Shown here: piece after piece, positions 56,352 through 64,000 of the stretch
Layout: each line of letters opens with the position of its first letter
Position numbering within the stretch: the stretch's first letter is position 1
Source of the DNA: a virus
DNA: 64,000 bases
Strand: one strand, 5' to 3'
Virus record (IMG/VR): IMGVR_UViG_3300012228_000001
Coordinates: 1-64,000 of that record
Position numbers and translations under genes: made by a program
Notes under the pieces: model-generated
What the model was told of the DNA's origin: nothing
The model's database searches: none
What the model saw: the letters and a program-made list of their open reading frames with translations, nothing else

Positions 56352-58035
56352 CAAGTTCAGCGCGGGCATCGCGCATTGCTTTGTCATCCACGGCAACACG
56401 CGAGATTACATCGATGTCGACGACAACTATCACCCCATAGCGCAAGCGCTCGCTCACTTGTTCAAGAAGCGCGATGCGGTGATCTTTTACAATCGCTCGG
56501 CGGGCTGGCGATTTCGAAACGACAAAGAGCGGACGCTAGTCAAGAACATGATTAGCTCCGCGAGCGGTCAGACGCCTAACCCGCTGGCGGCAGTGGCGGC
56601 AAAAGATGAATTTCCGAAACAACCCGCCGCCGCGATACCGATGTTTGAAAAGTTGCTCGGTGCCGACGCCAAGATTGCCGTTGTGGTTGAGTACGCAGAA
56701 TCAGTGTTCGCCATGCCCAAGTGGGACGCGGCGGGCGCGAACGGCGAGCTAGGCACGCAGATCGTGTCGGTGCTGCGGTGGGCCACGGATGCGGCCATCG
56801 CGTCAAAGAGTAACCCGATTATCTTGTTGTGCGCCGATAGCTTGAGCGATCTTCATCCGTCGCTCCGGTCGCCGGAAGCCAAGATCGAGCCGATCTTTAT
56901 TCCGTACCCGAAGCGCGAGGAACGGATGAAATTCATTCAGTGGTATCTCTTGCACAAAGAGATCGACATGGACGGCGTATCGCCCTCGCAGTTGGCGAAC
57001 CTAACGGCGGGATTGGCGCTGACCATGATCGAAGATATTTTGCTGCGTTCTCAACAGATGGGCGGCTTGCAGCTCTCGTTTGTGAAAGAGCGCAAAGACG
57101 AAATCATCGCGGCTGAATACCAAGACGTGATTGAAATCGTCGAGCCGCACCACGGTTGGGAAGCGGTCGGCGGGCTGGATTACATCGAAGATTTTTTCAC
57201 GAAGAACGTAATCGATCCGATGGCGAACGGTGATTGTGCCCGCGTGCCGATGGGTGTGCTACTGCCCGGCCCCCCTGGCACCGGCAAGTCAATCATTGCC
57301 GAAGCGCTGGCGAAAGAATCCGGCGTCAACATGGTCAAGTATTCGCCGGGCCGGTCGATGGGCAAGTTCGTCGGCGACTCGGAGAAAAACACCGAACGGG
57401 TGTTTCGCGCAATCGAAGCCATCGCGCCTTGCATCGTGTTTATCGATGAATTGGACAAGGCGGTTCCCCATGAAGATGCGTATCAAGGCGATAGCGGCGT
57501 GTCGTCTCGGATATTGCAGCGCTTGCAGGATTTCATGTCGGACACTAAGCATCGCGGGAAGATCGTTTTCCTTGGTGCGACGAACCGGCCTGACCGAATC
57601 TCTGCGGCGATGAAGCGGGCCGGGCGTTTCGACAAAAAGATTCCGGTGCTTGCGCCGAATAGCGAAGCGCGGCACGGGGTTTTCAAGGCGTTGTTCGGTA
57701 AGTACAAGATCGCGTTCAAGGGCAAGCTGGACGAAGCGGTTAAACTCACCGAGGGCTACGTCGGCGCTGATATCGAAGCCATCGTTACGAAGTCTTGGGA
57801 GATCGCGCAGGACGACGGCAAGACGACCGTGACGGAAAAGCACTTGGCCGAAGCGCAGGACTGCATGTTGCCGTCCGTCGACGCCAAGCAAATCGAGTGG
57901 ATGACGGCGTTGGCAATCAAAGAGTGCAACGACCGTTCGTTGCTACCGCCAGATTACCGCAAGGCAATGACGCGGGAGAAAGTCGAGACGGTGATAGCAG
58001 AGTATAAGCAGCGCGAGGGACACCGCGAGCTGTAA
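56326..58035 (+). CDS. Ycf46/CDC48-like AAA+ ATPase (degenerate N-terminal plus active C-terminal domain)
   Basis: VGGL, GPPGTGKS, IVFIDELD, GATNRPD....KRAGRFD. Confidence 0.9.
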   Translation: MDWFHELADKFSAGIAHCFVIHGNTRDYIDVDDNYHPIAQALAHLFKKRDAVIFYNRSAGWRFRNDKERTLVKNMISSASGQTPNPLAAVAAKDEFPKQPAAAIPMFEKLLGADAKIAVVVEYAESVFAMPKWDAAGANGELGTQIVSVLRWATDAAIASKSNPIILLCADSLSDLHPSLRSPEAKIEPIFIPYPKREERMKFIQWYLLHKEIDMDGVSPSQLANLTAGLALTMIEDILLRSQQMGGLQLSFVKERKDEIIAAEYQDVIEIVEPHHGWEAVGGLDYIEDFFTKNVIDPMANGDCARVPMGVLLPGPPGTGKSIIAEALAKESGVNMVKYSPGRSMGKFVGDSEKNTERVFRAIEAIAPCIVFIDELDKAVPHEDAYQGDSGVSSRILQRLQDFMSDTKHRGKIVFLGATNRPDRISAAMKRAGRFDKKIPVLAPNSEARHGVFKALFGKYKIAFKGKLDEAVKLTEGYVGADIEAIVTKSWEIAQDDGKTTVTEKHLAEAQDCMLPSVDAKQIEWMTALAIKECNDRSLLPPDYRKAMTREKVETVIAEYKQREGHREL

Positions 58036-58067
58036 TTATTAACGTGCGCAAGAAAAGGAAAACAGGG

Positions 58068-59093
58068 ATGGCAAAGATAGCGAAAACAGTTAAGCCCAAT
58101 TGGGGCGTTGTGCTTAGTAATAAAGGGCTAGTCGTGTCGCTGTCGATTCGTTGGTTCAAAGGCCAACGGAAGCTGACAGCCGAAGATTTGGATTTGGAAA
58201 AGCAGTCCGAGGCTGCGGAATTTCAAAAGCTATTCTCGCTCGGACAGAAAAGCATCATTCCGAAAGAAGTCTTCAACGAGTTTCATCGGATGGAAACGCG
58301 AGCACGCTCGCTGCTCGATAAATACTCGTTCGAGACGCCGTTCGGACAGTTCGTGACCTATGAGGCTTTTCCGATCTTCGAAAAGAAGATCGAAGAGATC
58401 GAGAAAGAGTTTCGCGAAGCGGTGCATGAAACGATTGCGAAGTTTCCGAAGTATCGCGGGCAAGTCTTGGCGGATTACGCCAAGCTGTCCAACGACTTGT
58501 TTACCAACGGCAACAAGCGCAACAACACGGCGCGGCTCTTGAACGCCGTGCGCAACTCGATGCCGTCGCGCAACTCGCTGCACGAGTATTACAGCTTCGA
58601 GTGGGAGCCGTTTCATATCGCGACTCCGAGCGAGCTAGTGCAGGAGCAGAAGAAGGCGACAGTGTTGGCCGAAGGCAAGGCGGTCAAGTATCAAGTCAAC
58701 AAGAAGCTTGCCGAGAAGTACGAGAAAAAATCGGCGCACGCGATTGACTCGTTTATCAGCGGGTCGATCAAGAAGATGCGCGGCGTCGTCAACGAACTGG
58801 TTGTCGCGGCGCTGAAATCAATCGACAAGAACGACGGCGTGCTGGTGCCCCGGCTGTCGACCACGCTCAAAGGCATGGTTGACCAGTTCAAGCTAATGAA
58901 CGCTTGGGGCGATCAGGATATCGAAGCGAAGCTGCTCAAGCTGAAAGAGTATTTGCATGAGACCGATGGCGACGGCCCGAAGCGCACGCCGGAAGTCAAG
59001 GCAATGTTGAAAGAGTTGCGCAGCAATCTTAAAGAGCGGATCAGCGAAAGCCAGTTGTCGATCCGGCAAGTGCGGAGCGGAGTCGAGCTGTGA
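58068..59093 (+). CDS. DUF3150-like helical protein
   Basis: V.LSI..F.G.RKL...DL...LG.K.I.P......F...E.RAR..L..YSF. Confidence 0.55.
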   Translation: MAKIAKTVKPNWGVVLSNKGLVVSLSIRWFKGQRKLTAEDLDLEKQSEAAEFQKLFSLGQKSIIPKEVFNEFHRMETRARSLLDKYSFETPFGQFVTYEAFPIFEKKIEEIEKEFREAVHETIAKFPKYRGQVLADYAKLSNDLFTNGNKRNNTARLLNAVRNSMPSRNSLHEYYSFEWEPFHIATPSELVQEQKKATVLAEGKAVKYQVNKKLAEKYEKKSAHAIDSFISGSIKKMRGVVNELVVAALKSIDKNDGVLVPRLSTTLKGMVDQFKLMNAWGDQDIEAKLLKLKEYLHETDGDGPKRTPEVKAMLKELRSNLKERISESQLSIRQVRSGVEL

Positions 59094-59272
59094 AGAAGCG
59101 GCCATATCCGAAATGGGTTCTCGCGGATTGCCCGAAGTCACGGTGCCCGGACTGCCACGGCACCGTGACGCTTCTTTCTAAAAACGACGCGATGCCAGCA
59201 TTTTATATTTGCTGGACTTGCAAGGCAGTTGCAGAAGTCGGCAGCGGGCCGGTCAGAAAGGAAACCGAATGA
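59090..59272 (+). CDS. small Zn-ribbon protein
   Basis: CPDC...FYICWTC. Confidence 0.6.
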   Translation: MKKRPYPKWVLADCPKSRCPDCHGTVTLLSKNDAMPAFYICWTCKAVAEVGSGPVRKETE

Positions 59273-59490
59273 ACACTTGGACTGCGTATTACTTCGAGAA
59301 GACTAACCGTGACGATAGACCCTATCATTGGGTAGCGCTCACCAACTGCGATTCTGGCAAACCGGACGGCTATATTTGCATCACGCAAGGCTTCGGCGAT
59401 CTGCCAGAACTGCTTGATATTTTCGGCCATAAGAGCCGCGTCCATGAAGGGCGCGAGATCAGCGTGTTTGTCGATGGTGTGAAGCAATGA
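59269..59490 (+). CDS. hypothetical protein
   Basis: ATGA overlaps. Confidence 0.55.
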   Translation: MNTWTAYYFEKTNRDDRPYHWVALTNCDSGKPDGYICITQGFGDLPELLDIFGHKSRVHEGREISVFVDGVKQ

Positions 59491-59783
59491 CGAAAATTTA
59501 TACACGAGGAAAAACACCGGAAGGTCGTTGGGGCCGTTGGATGTTGTGGGCGACGTTTGCCGTTCAAATCGATGCCGAGGCTTTTGCCGCAACGATTCGA
59601 AAAACACACCCGACTTGGCAAGTGGTAGTCGGCAACAAACACGCGCCGCGACAGCATGAGTGGAACGTCGAGCTATCCGAAGATGGACAGCTTGAAGTAG
59701 TGCGAACGCGCACCGGCAAACAGGAAAGCGAGCATGAGCGGCGCATGGAGAAGTGGGCGCGGCAGAATTACGAAAGAGATTAG
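59487..59783 (+). CDS. hypothetical protein
   Basis: ATGA overlap. Confidence 0.55.
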   Translation: MTKIYTRGKTPEGRWGRWMLWATFAVQIDAEAFAATIRKTHPTWQVVVGNKHAPRQHEWNVELSEDGQLEVVRTRTGKQESEHERRMEKWARQNYERD

Positions 59784-59785
59784 CA

Positions 59786-59992
59786 ATGACTCTCAACGAA
59801 ATGCTCGACTTCGAGTTGATAGGCAACCCTGACGTGAGTCATGCGGTTGCCGTGAACAACTCGACGATCTTGGTCACGTTCAAGGATGGTTCGTTAGGTG
59901 CGCTTGGGCGCACCGACGAAGAGGGCTGGCAGTGGCTAGGCGGCGGGCCAATAGACGCCGCAATAATAATGGCAGGGGGTTTTAACGCATGA
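59786..59992 (+). CDS. hypothetical protein
   Basis: packing. Confidence 0.55.
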   Translation: MTLNEMLDFELIGNPDVSHAVAVNNSTILVTFKDGSLGALGRTDEEGWQWLGGGPIDAAIIMAGGFNA

Positions 59993-60474
59993 ATAAATTT
60001 CAACCGGCTAACTACGAAGTCAACCCGGAAAAGTTTGACGCGATGGTACGCAAAGCGATGGAAGTGCATGGCATAGACCGGCAAGACGCCGAACGGTTTA
60101 TCAAAACCACGCTGTCCGAGCCGGTGTTTTTGAACGACACCTATCAAGTGAGCACGCGGGGATTTCGCTTGCCGGACTTTGGCGGCGATTGGGTTCATTT
60201 ATCAATCAAGCGTATCGACCGCGAAGCGATTCGAGACTGGCGCGATCTGCAAGAGATCAAAAATCAGCTCGTCGGCGAAGAGAACGAGGGCATCGAATTG
60301 TTCCCGGCTGAATCGCGGCGTGTCGATACAGCGAACCAGTACCATTTATTTGTGCTCAAGAAGAAAGGCCAAAAAATCCCCATCGGGTTTAACGAGCGCT
60401 GGATAATGGATCACGACGAGCACGATCCGGTGACTCAAGTGAAGCAACGGCCCTTCAAGAGTGATGATCTATGA
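59989..60474 (+). CDS. conserved phage protein (DUF7694-like)
   Basis: HLSIKR.D...I.DWRDLQ.IKNQLVG.E.E.IELFPAESR.VD.ANQYHL. Confidence 0.7.
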   Translation: MNKFQPANYEVNPEKFDAMVRKAMEVHGIDRQDAERFIKTTLSEPVFLNDTYQVSTRGFRLPDFGGDWVHLSIKRIDREAIRDWRDLQEIKNQLVGEENEGIELFPAESRRVDTANQYHLFVLKKKGQKIPIGFNERWIMDHDEHDPVTQVKQRPFKSDDL

Positions 60475-60629
60475 GCCGTGATCTTTGGGTCATGCTCGTT
60501 CTCGGCGGATTTATCGGCTTCCTTGTCGGCATGTACGTCGGCGTTGGGGTTGCCTTAAAACAAGAAAGGAAATGGCATGAGTATGATGCGGCTTCGGTGG
60601 AAAACGCCCGCGACCGCCTATCCGAATAA
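60471..60629 (+). CDS. 52-aa single-TM protein (not in ORF track)
   Basis: ATGA overlap; LWVMLVLGGFIGFLVGMYVGVGVAL. Confidence 0.5.
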   Translation: MSRDLWVMLVLGGFIGFLVGMYVGVGVALKQERKWHEYDAASVENARDRLSE

Positions 60630-61257
60630 GCGGGTCGGCAAGGCGCGGATTTTCAAATATCGGTGCCCGGTGAGGGACACCTATTGGGCTGAAGGCATGA
60701 AGGGCTATCTGTATTACCGCTTCGAGCCGGGACACAACAGGATCACGCAACTATCGATCAACGGCCAATGTTGGATGACCGATATGCCGCCTTACTTTTG
60801 GTCAATGGAACACTTTGCCGAGCAATCGCACGGGCATGTGCTCGTCGCGGGCTTGGGGCTTGGGCTGGTGGTTCACTGCCTTGCCAAGAATCCCACGGTC
60901 GAGAGTATCACGGTAATCGAAAGAGAACCGGACGTGATAAAACTGATTAAGCCGCTTTTACCGAAGGATATGAGTATCAAGATCATCAACGCCGATTTCT
61001 ATGAATGGATGGAGCGAGACCGTTTACAGCGCGACGTGGTGATTTGGGACTTGGGCTTGTGGGGCTTGCCCGAAGACGGGGGCGAGCGCCACGGCTGGCC
61101 GGAAGTTTTCATTATCAAGTTCAAGGTGGCCGACAAATACGGCGATGATTGCAAGTGCTTCCGTCACGGCCTCGACCGCGATCCGGCTGGCGCAGAGTTT
61201 ATCAAAACGGAACGCTATAAGAGGGCGCGTGAGAGTTTATATCCGGGGGTTATATGA
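60577..61257 (+). CDS. class I SAM-dependent methyltransferase, spermidine-synthase-like
   Basis: G..WMTD.P, G.VLVAGLGLG, ITVIER..DVI, I..AD, DVVIWD. Confidence 0.8.
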   Translation: MSMMRLRWKTPATAYPNKRVGKARIFKYRCPVRDTYWAEGMKGYLYYRFEPGHNRITQLSINGQCWMTDMPPYFWSMEHFAEQSHGHVLVAGLGLGLVVHCLAKNPTVESITVIEREPDVIKLIKPLLPKDMSIKIINADFYEWMERDRLQRDVVIWDLGLWGLPEDGGERHGWPEVFIIKFKVADKYGDDCKCFRHGLDRDPAGAEFIKTERYKRARESLYPGVI

Positions 61258-61279
61258 GCGACTTTTTACAGGAGAGAAC

Positions 61280-61888
61280 ATGGCAACTTCCAAGTGGTTG
61301 AAGTGGTATCGAGAACACATGAAAAAGCCAAAAGTTCGGAAAAAACGGAATGAGTATTTGCGACGCTACCGGGATCGGCCCGAAGTTCAACAGCGGGGGC
61401 GTGCCTATAGAACTAAAGAAGAAGTTAGAATTCGAAACAACGCAGTACATAGAGAAAGCCGAAGGCGGACTCGTCTTTCGGTTCTCTGTCATTATGGTGG
61501 CAACCCGCCTAAATGCGCTTGCTGCGGGGAAACTATTGTGGAATTCCTTTCCATCGATCATATCAATGGCAGACCACCTGAACATCGTGGCAAGAATCGA
61601 GCGGTCGTTGGTGGCTATTGGCTATGTCGATGGCTAATCCGCAATAAGTTCCCGAAGGAGTATCAAGTCCTTTGCCTCAATTGCAATTTCGCCAAGGGGC
61701 ACTATGGCGGGTGTCCACATAAAATCGGAAGTTCCTATAACAAGTTTCGAAAGTTCGAGAAGAAAATATGGACGCGAACCGGACGCCGGAATAAAACTGG
61801 ACTCGACTGGAACAATTCTAATGATCGTCGGAAGTATCATCGGGAATGGGCGCGTCGTACTAGGGGCTACAAGACGAAACGAGTTTAA
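61280..61888 (+). CDS. HNH-type endonuclease
   Basis: HYGG..CACCGE...EFLSIDHING...YQVLC.NCN.AK; SD AGGAG. Confidence 0.85.
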   Translation: MATSKWLKWYREHMKKPKVRKKRNEYLRRYRDRPEVQQRGRAYRTKEEVRIRNNAVHRESRRRTRLSVLCHYGGNPPKCACCGETIVEFLSIDHINGRPPEHRGKNRAVVGGYWLCRWLIRNKFPKEYQVLCLNCNFAKGHYGGCPHKIGSSYNKFRKFEKKIWTRTGRRNKTGLDWNNSNDRRKYHREWARRTRGYKTKRV

Positions 61889-61926
61889 CTTGAAAAATCA
61901 AAGTGGAGTGAAAGAAAATACTTAAA

Positions 61927-62457
61927 ATGAATCCGAGAATCGCAAAACTAAAAACATACAAGGGCATCCCGATTGTTTTCTTCGCGACAATCGACAAGAA
62001 AGGCATTCCAGATTTCAAAGTAACCGACGAAGAGAAGCGGATGCGCTGCGGCAAGGAACATCTGTGCTGGATTTGCGGCGAACCGCTCACCATGCCGATC
62101 TGCTTTATCGGCGGGCCGCACTCGGTTGCGCAAGGAACTTTTACCGATGGCCCCATGCACGCCGAATGCGCCGCCGACTCAATGGAAATGTGCCCGTGGC
62201 TTTTGGGACGCATGGACTATGCGCCGCCTGAATCGTTCAAGATGGACCGGCACAACAGGCCGGTGCGGTTTGTGACTGGTGCGGCGAGACCGGAAATGGT
62301 CAAGTCGCCTGACCGTGTTGCGATCTACAAGTGCTTGGGGTTTGACATACTAATCTTGCCGCTACAAGGCGGGCGCTGCGCTTGGTTCTTCAAAGCGTTC
62401 ACTGCGCTATCCGTAGATTTTCGGGATCGGATTGCGCCAACTGCGAAAACAGCATAG
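61927..62457 (+). CDS. conserved Cys-rich phage protein
   Basis: G.PDF......C....LCWICG.PL....FIGGP....PMH.ECA.....CP.L. Confidence 0.7.
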   Translation: MNPRIAKLKTYKGIPIVFFATIDKKGIPDFKVTDEEKRMRCGKEHLCWICGEPLTMPICFIGGPHSVAQGTFTDGPMHAECAADSMEMCPWLLGRMDYAPPESFKMDRHNRPVRFVTGAARPEMVKSPDRVAIYKCLGFDILILPLQGGRCAWFFKAFTALSVDFRDRIAPTAKTA

Positions 62458-63367
62458 CCATCCGATCCAATACAAATTCCTGATAGGCTTCCGGGTAGCC
62501 TCTCTTACTAGCGTTCTCAAGGCGGGCTAGGTTCATCAAGAATCTTTCTTGGTTGGACCTGCCGCCTTGGAACGCTTTTTTTATGTCCGGTTTCCGGTTC
62601 AATTTCCTGATCGCGTCTTTCGCGATTGCAAAATCATCGAACACCCGCGCCACCCCTATCCCAAGCTTCTCCGCAATATCCCGGTAACTCATGTTGTCGA
62701 CGGTTTTCATTTTGTAAATTTTAAGCTGCCGTTTGGCGAGACTCACATTTTTCCAAGTCGTGCGCGTCTTCTCTTTTTTCTTCAACTCGTCACGGGCGTC
62801 TTTTAGCTTGATGTTGAATTCTTTTTCAATCTCGTCAAGCAAGTGATCGCGCTGCGATAGCGCGTATGCCTGCTCCATCATGCTTTCAATGCTGTTATTT
62901 TCGTCGGGGAGTGTTTCTGGTACTTCGGTGACTTCTGGAAAGCGGTCAATAATTTTCTGGCGCTGCTCGTCGGTTACTTCCCTATGGATCAAGTCGTATA
63001 ACGTCCGGGTGCCCGTCATGCCGTGCCCGCGCTCCCATTGAAGATGCTTCAAGATACCGAACTTGATCGACGGCCTGATAAAATTCTCAATCGGCCCCGA
63101 CTTTGGAGTATAGCGTCGCAACGCATGCAGGGCTTCGTGCATGCCAGCTTCGGCGGCGTCGTCGAACGATTGAAAGTGAACCCCTTTGGCTTTCTGATAC
63201 GCGACGCTGATCGCCGACCATCTTTCGATATTGGGATAATGCTTCTCAAACAGTTTTTTCACACGCGGTGGGAACTTCGTGTTGCGATTATAGCCGCTGA
63301 CCAAGCCGGTCCTGCGCCTGTATCCGCGCACGCGCTGAAAAGCCTTAACGCAGATCGCTATTATCAT
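62399..63367 (-). CDS. phage-encoded sigma70-family sigma factor
   Basis: region 2 FDDAAEAGMHEALHALRRYTPKSGPIENFIRPSIKFGIL; region 4 LAKRQLKIYKM....MSYRDIAEKLGIGVARV. Confidence 0.8.
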   Translation of the reverse strand: MIIAICVKAFQRVRGYRRRTGLVSGYNRNTKFPPRVKKLFEKHYPNIERWSAISVAYQKAKGVHFQSFDDAAEAGMHEALHALRRYTPKSGPIENFIRPSIKFGILKHLQWERGHGMTGTRTLYDLIHREVTDEQRQKIIDRFPEVTEVPETLPDENNSIESMMEQAYALSQRDHLLDEIEKEFNIKLKDARDELKKKEKTRTTWKNVSLAKRQLKIYKMKTVDNMSYRDIAEKLGIGVARVFDDFAIAKDAIRKLNRKPDIKKAFQGGRSNQERFLMNLARLENASKRGYPEAYQEFVLDRMAMLFSQLAQSDPENLRIAQ

Positions 63368-63756
63368 GCGGGCACCACAACGGCGTCGGACACATCTTGA
63401 GCATTCGCGCCTTCGCCGGATTCTGGAATGTCGAGATTCTCAAACACTCGAATCTCGGCAAATCCGTTATTGGGCACGGTTTGCCGACCGTCTGGATATC
63501 GCACCACCCACTCACCCCGATACAACCCCGCCTCGTTCGTGTCGCCCGGCTTCCATTCGTATTTAACCTGACCGCTGATCGGATCGTCAACGAGGATTGC
63601 CGCCCCGCCAATGATGGGCTTATCGGGACGATCCGGCCATCGCATCGCGAACCTGACCGTCGTGCCGGTCAAATCCATCACGCTATCATCGGCGTTCTTG
63701 AGCGTCGCATAGAGAGTCGGGAAGTTGTCTCCACGTTTCAAAAAAAAGTCAGCCAT
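63364..63756 (-). CDS. BppU-like virion structural protein
   Basis: F.LKRGD..P.L...L......DLTG.TVRF.M, G.V.Y.W...DT...G.Y.GE..V.Y.DG..T.P. Confidence 0.75.
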   Translation of the reverse strand: MADFFLKRGDNFPTLYATLKNADDSVMDLTGTTVRFAMRWPDRPDKPIIGGAAILVDDPISGQVKYEWKPGDTNEAGLYRGEWVVRYPDGRQTVPNNGFAEIRVFENLDIPESGEGANAQDVSDAVVVPA

Positions 63757-64000
63757 CTTGAATCTCCGCGCTGGTGTGCGCTTGGTTTATTTCCGCGCTC
63801 GTATGCGCCCCGTTTATTATTTCGGCGCGATTATACGCTGGTGCGCCGTTCACGTCTACCGCCGTCGCTGATGTTCTCCCGCGCTGCGCGTTCACGAAGA
63901 TTCCCGCCGAGTCAATCAATGCCCTAGCCAATGCGGCTTCAATCACACCAGCGAAGAAGATATTTCCGAGTGTCGAGTCTTCGTCATCCGCCGCGCTGGC
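63749..64000 (-). CDS. partial gene (C-terminus; runs off window)
   Basis: frame open to window end; AHTSAEI repeated twice. Confidence 0.55.
   Translation of the reverse strand, partial: ASAADDEDSTLGNIFFAGVIEAALARALIDSAGIFVNAQRGRTSATAVDVNGAPAYNRAEIINGAHTSAEINQAHTSAEIQDG

Noticed and set aside
46555-58051. CRISPR array or integron attC sites as explanation of the island repeats
   Set aside because: Copies are kilobases apart, not palindromic, and no cas or integrase gene is seen
1-64000. tRNA, rRNA, integrase, terminase, portal genes
   Set aside because: None recognised by eye; packaging genes probably lie beyond the right edge

Overview
A 64-kb segment of a large contractile-tailed (myovirus-type) phage or prophage; no host housekeeping genes are visible. 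Left: a minus-strand replication/regulation arm (DUF5131, DnaC/IstB-like loader, replication initiator, HerA-like ATPase, two XRE HTH proteins) diverging at ~9.1 kb from a plus-strand recombination arm (YqaJ exonuclease, putative annealing protein, RusA, SMC/Rad50-like ATPase). Middle (15.9-46.4 kb, minus): lysis cassette and a morphogenesis module in Twort/SPO1/A511-like order (fibre, DUF4815 protein, baseplate, spike, hub, tape measure with lytic transglycosylase, -1 frameshifted chaperone, tube, sheath, neck, major capsid, scaffold, prohead protease). Right (46.6-62.5 kb, plus): an inverted island of ~35 mostly small genes punctuated by a repeated 25-bp promoter-like motif, including ParB and a DUF1257-DUF2997-AAA-DUF3150-like module interleaved with three paralogous HNH genes; then a phage sigma factor and a BppU-like gene on the minus strand. 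Nine free-standing homing-endonuclease-like genes are present. Top hypotheses: (1) a sigma factor bracketed by prohead-protease-type K-A sites, possibly packaged in the head and injected to fire the repeated island promoters; (2) three inverted homing endonucleases that all keep a stop-free frame on the late-mRNA strand; (3) a C4/CI-like antisense RNA plus leaderless uORF controlling the replication initiator; (4) a structured leader/terminator in front of the head operon. All family assignments are by-eye motif recognition, not database searches.
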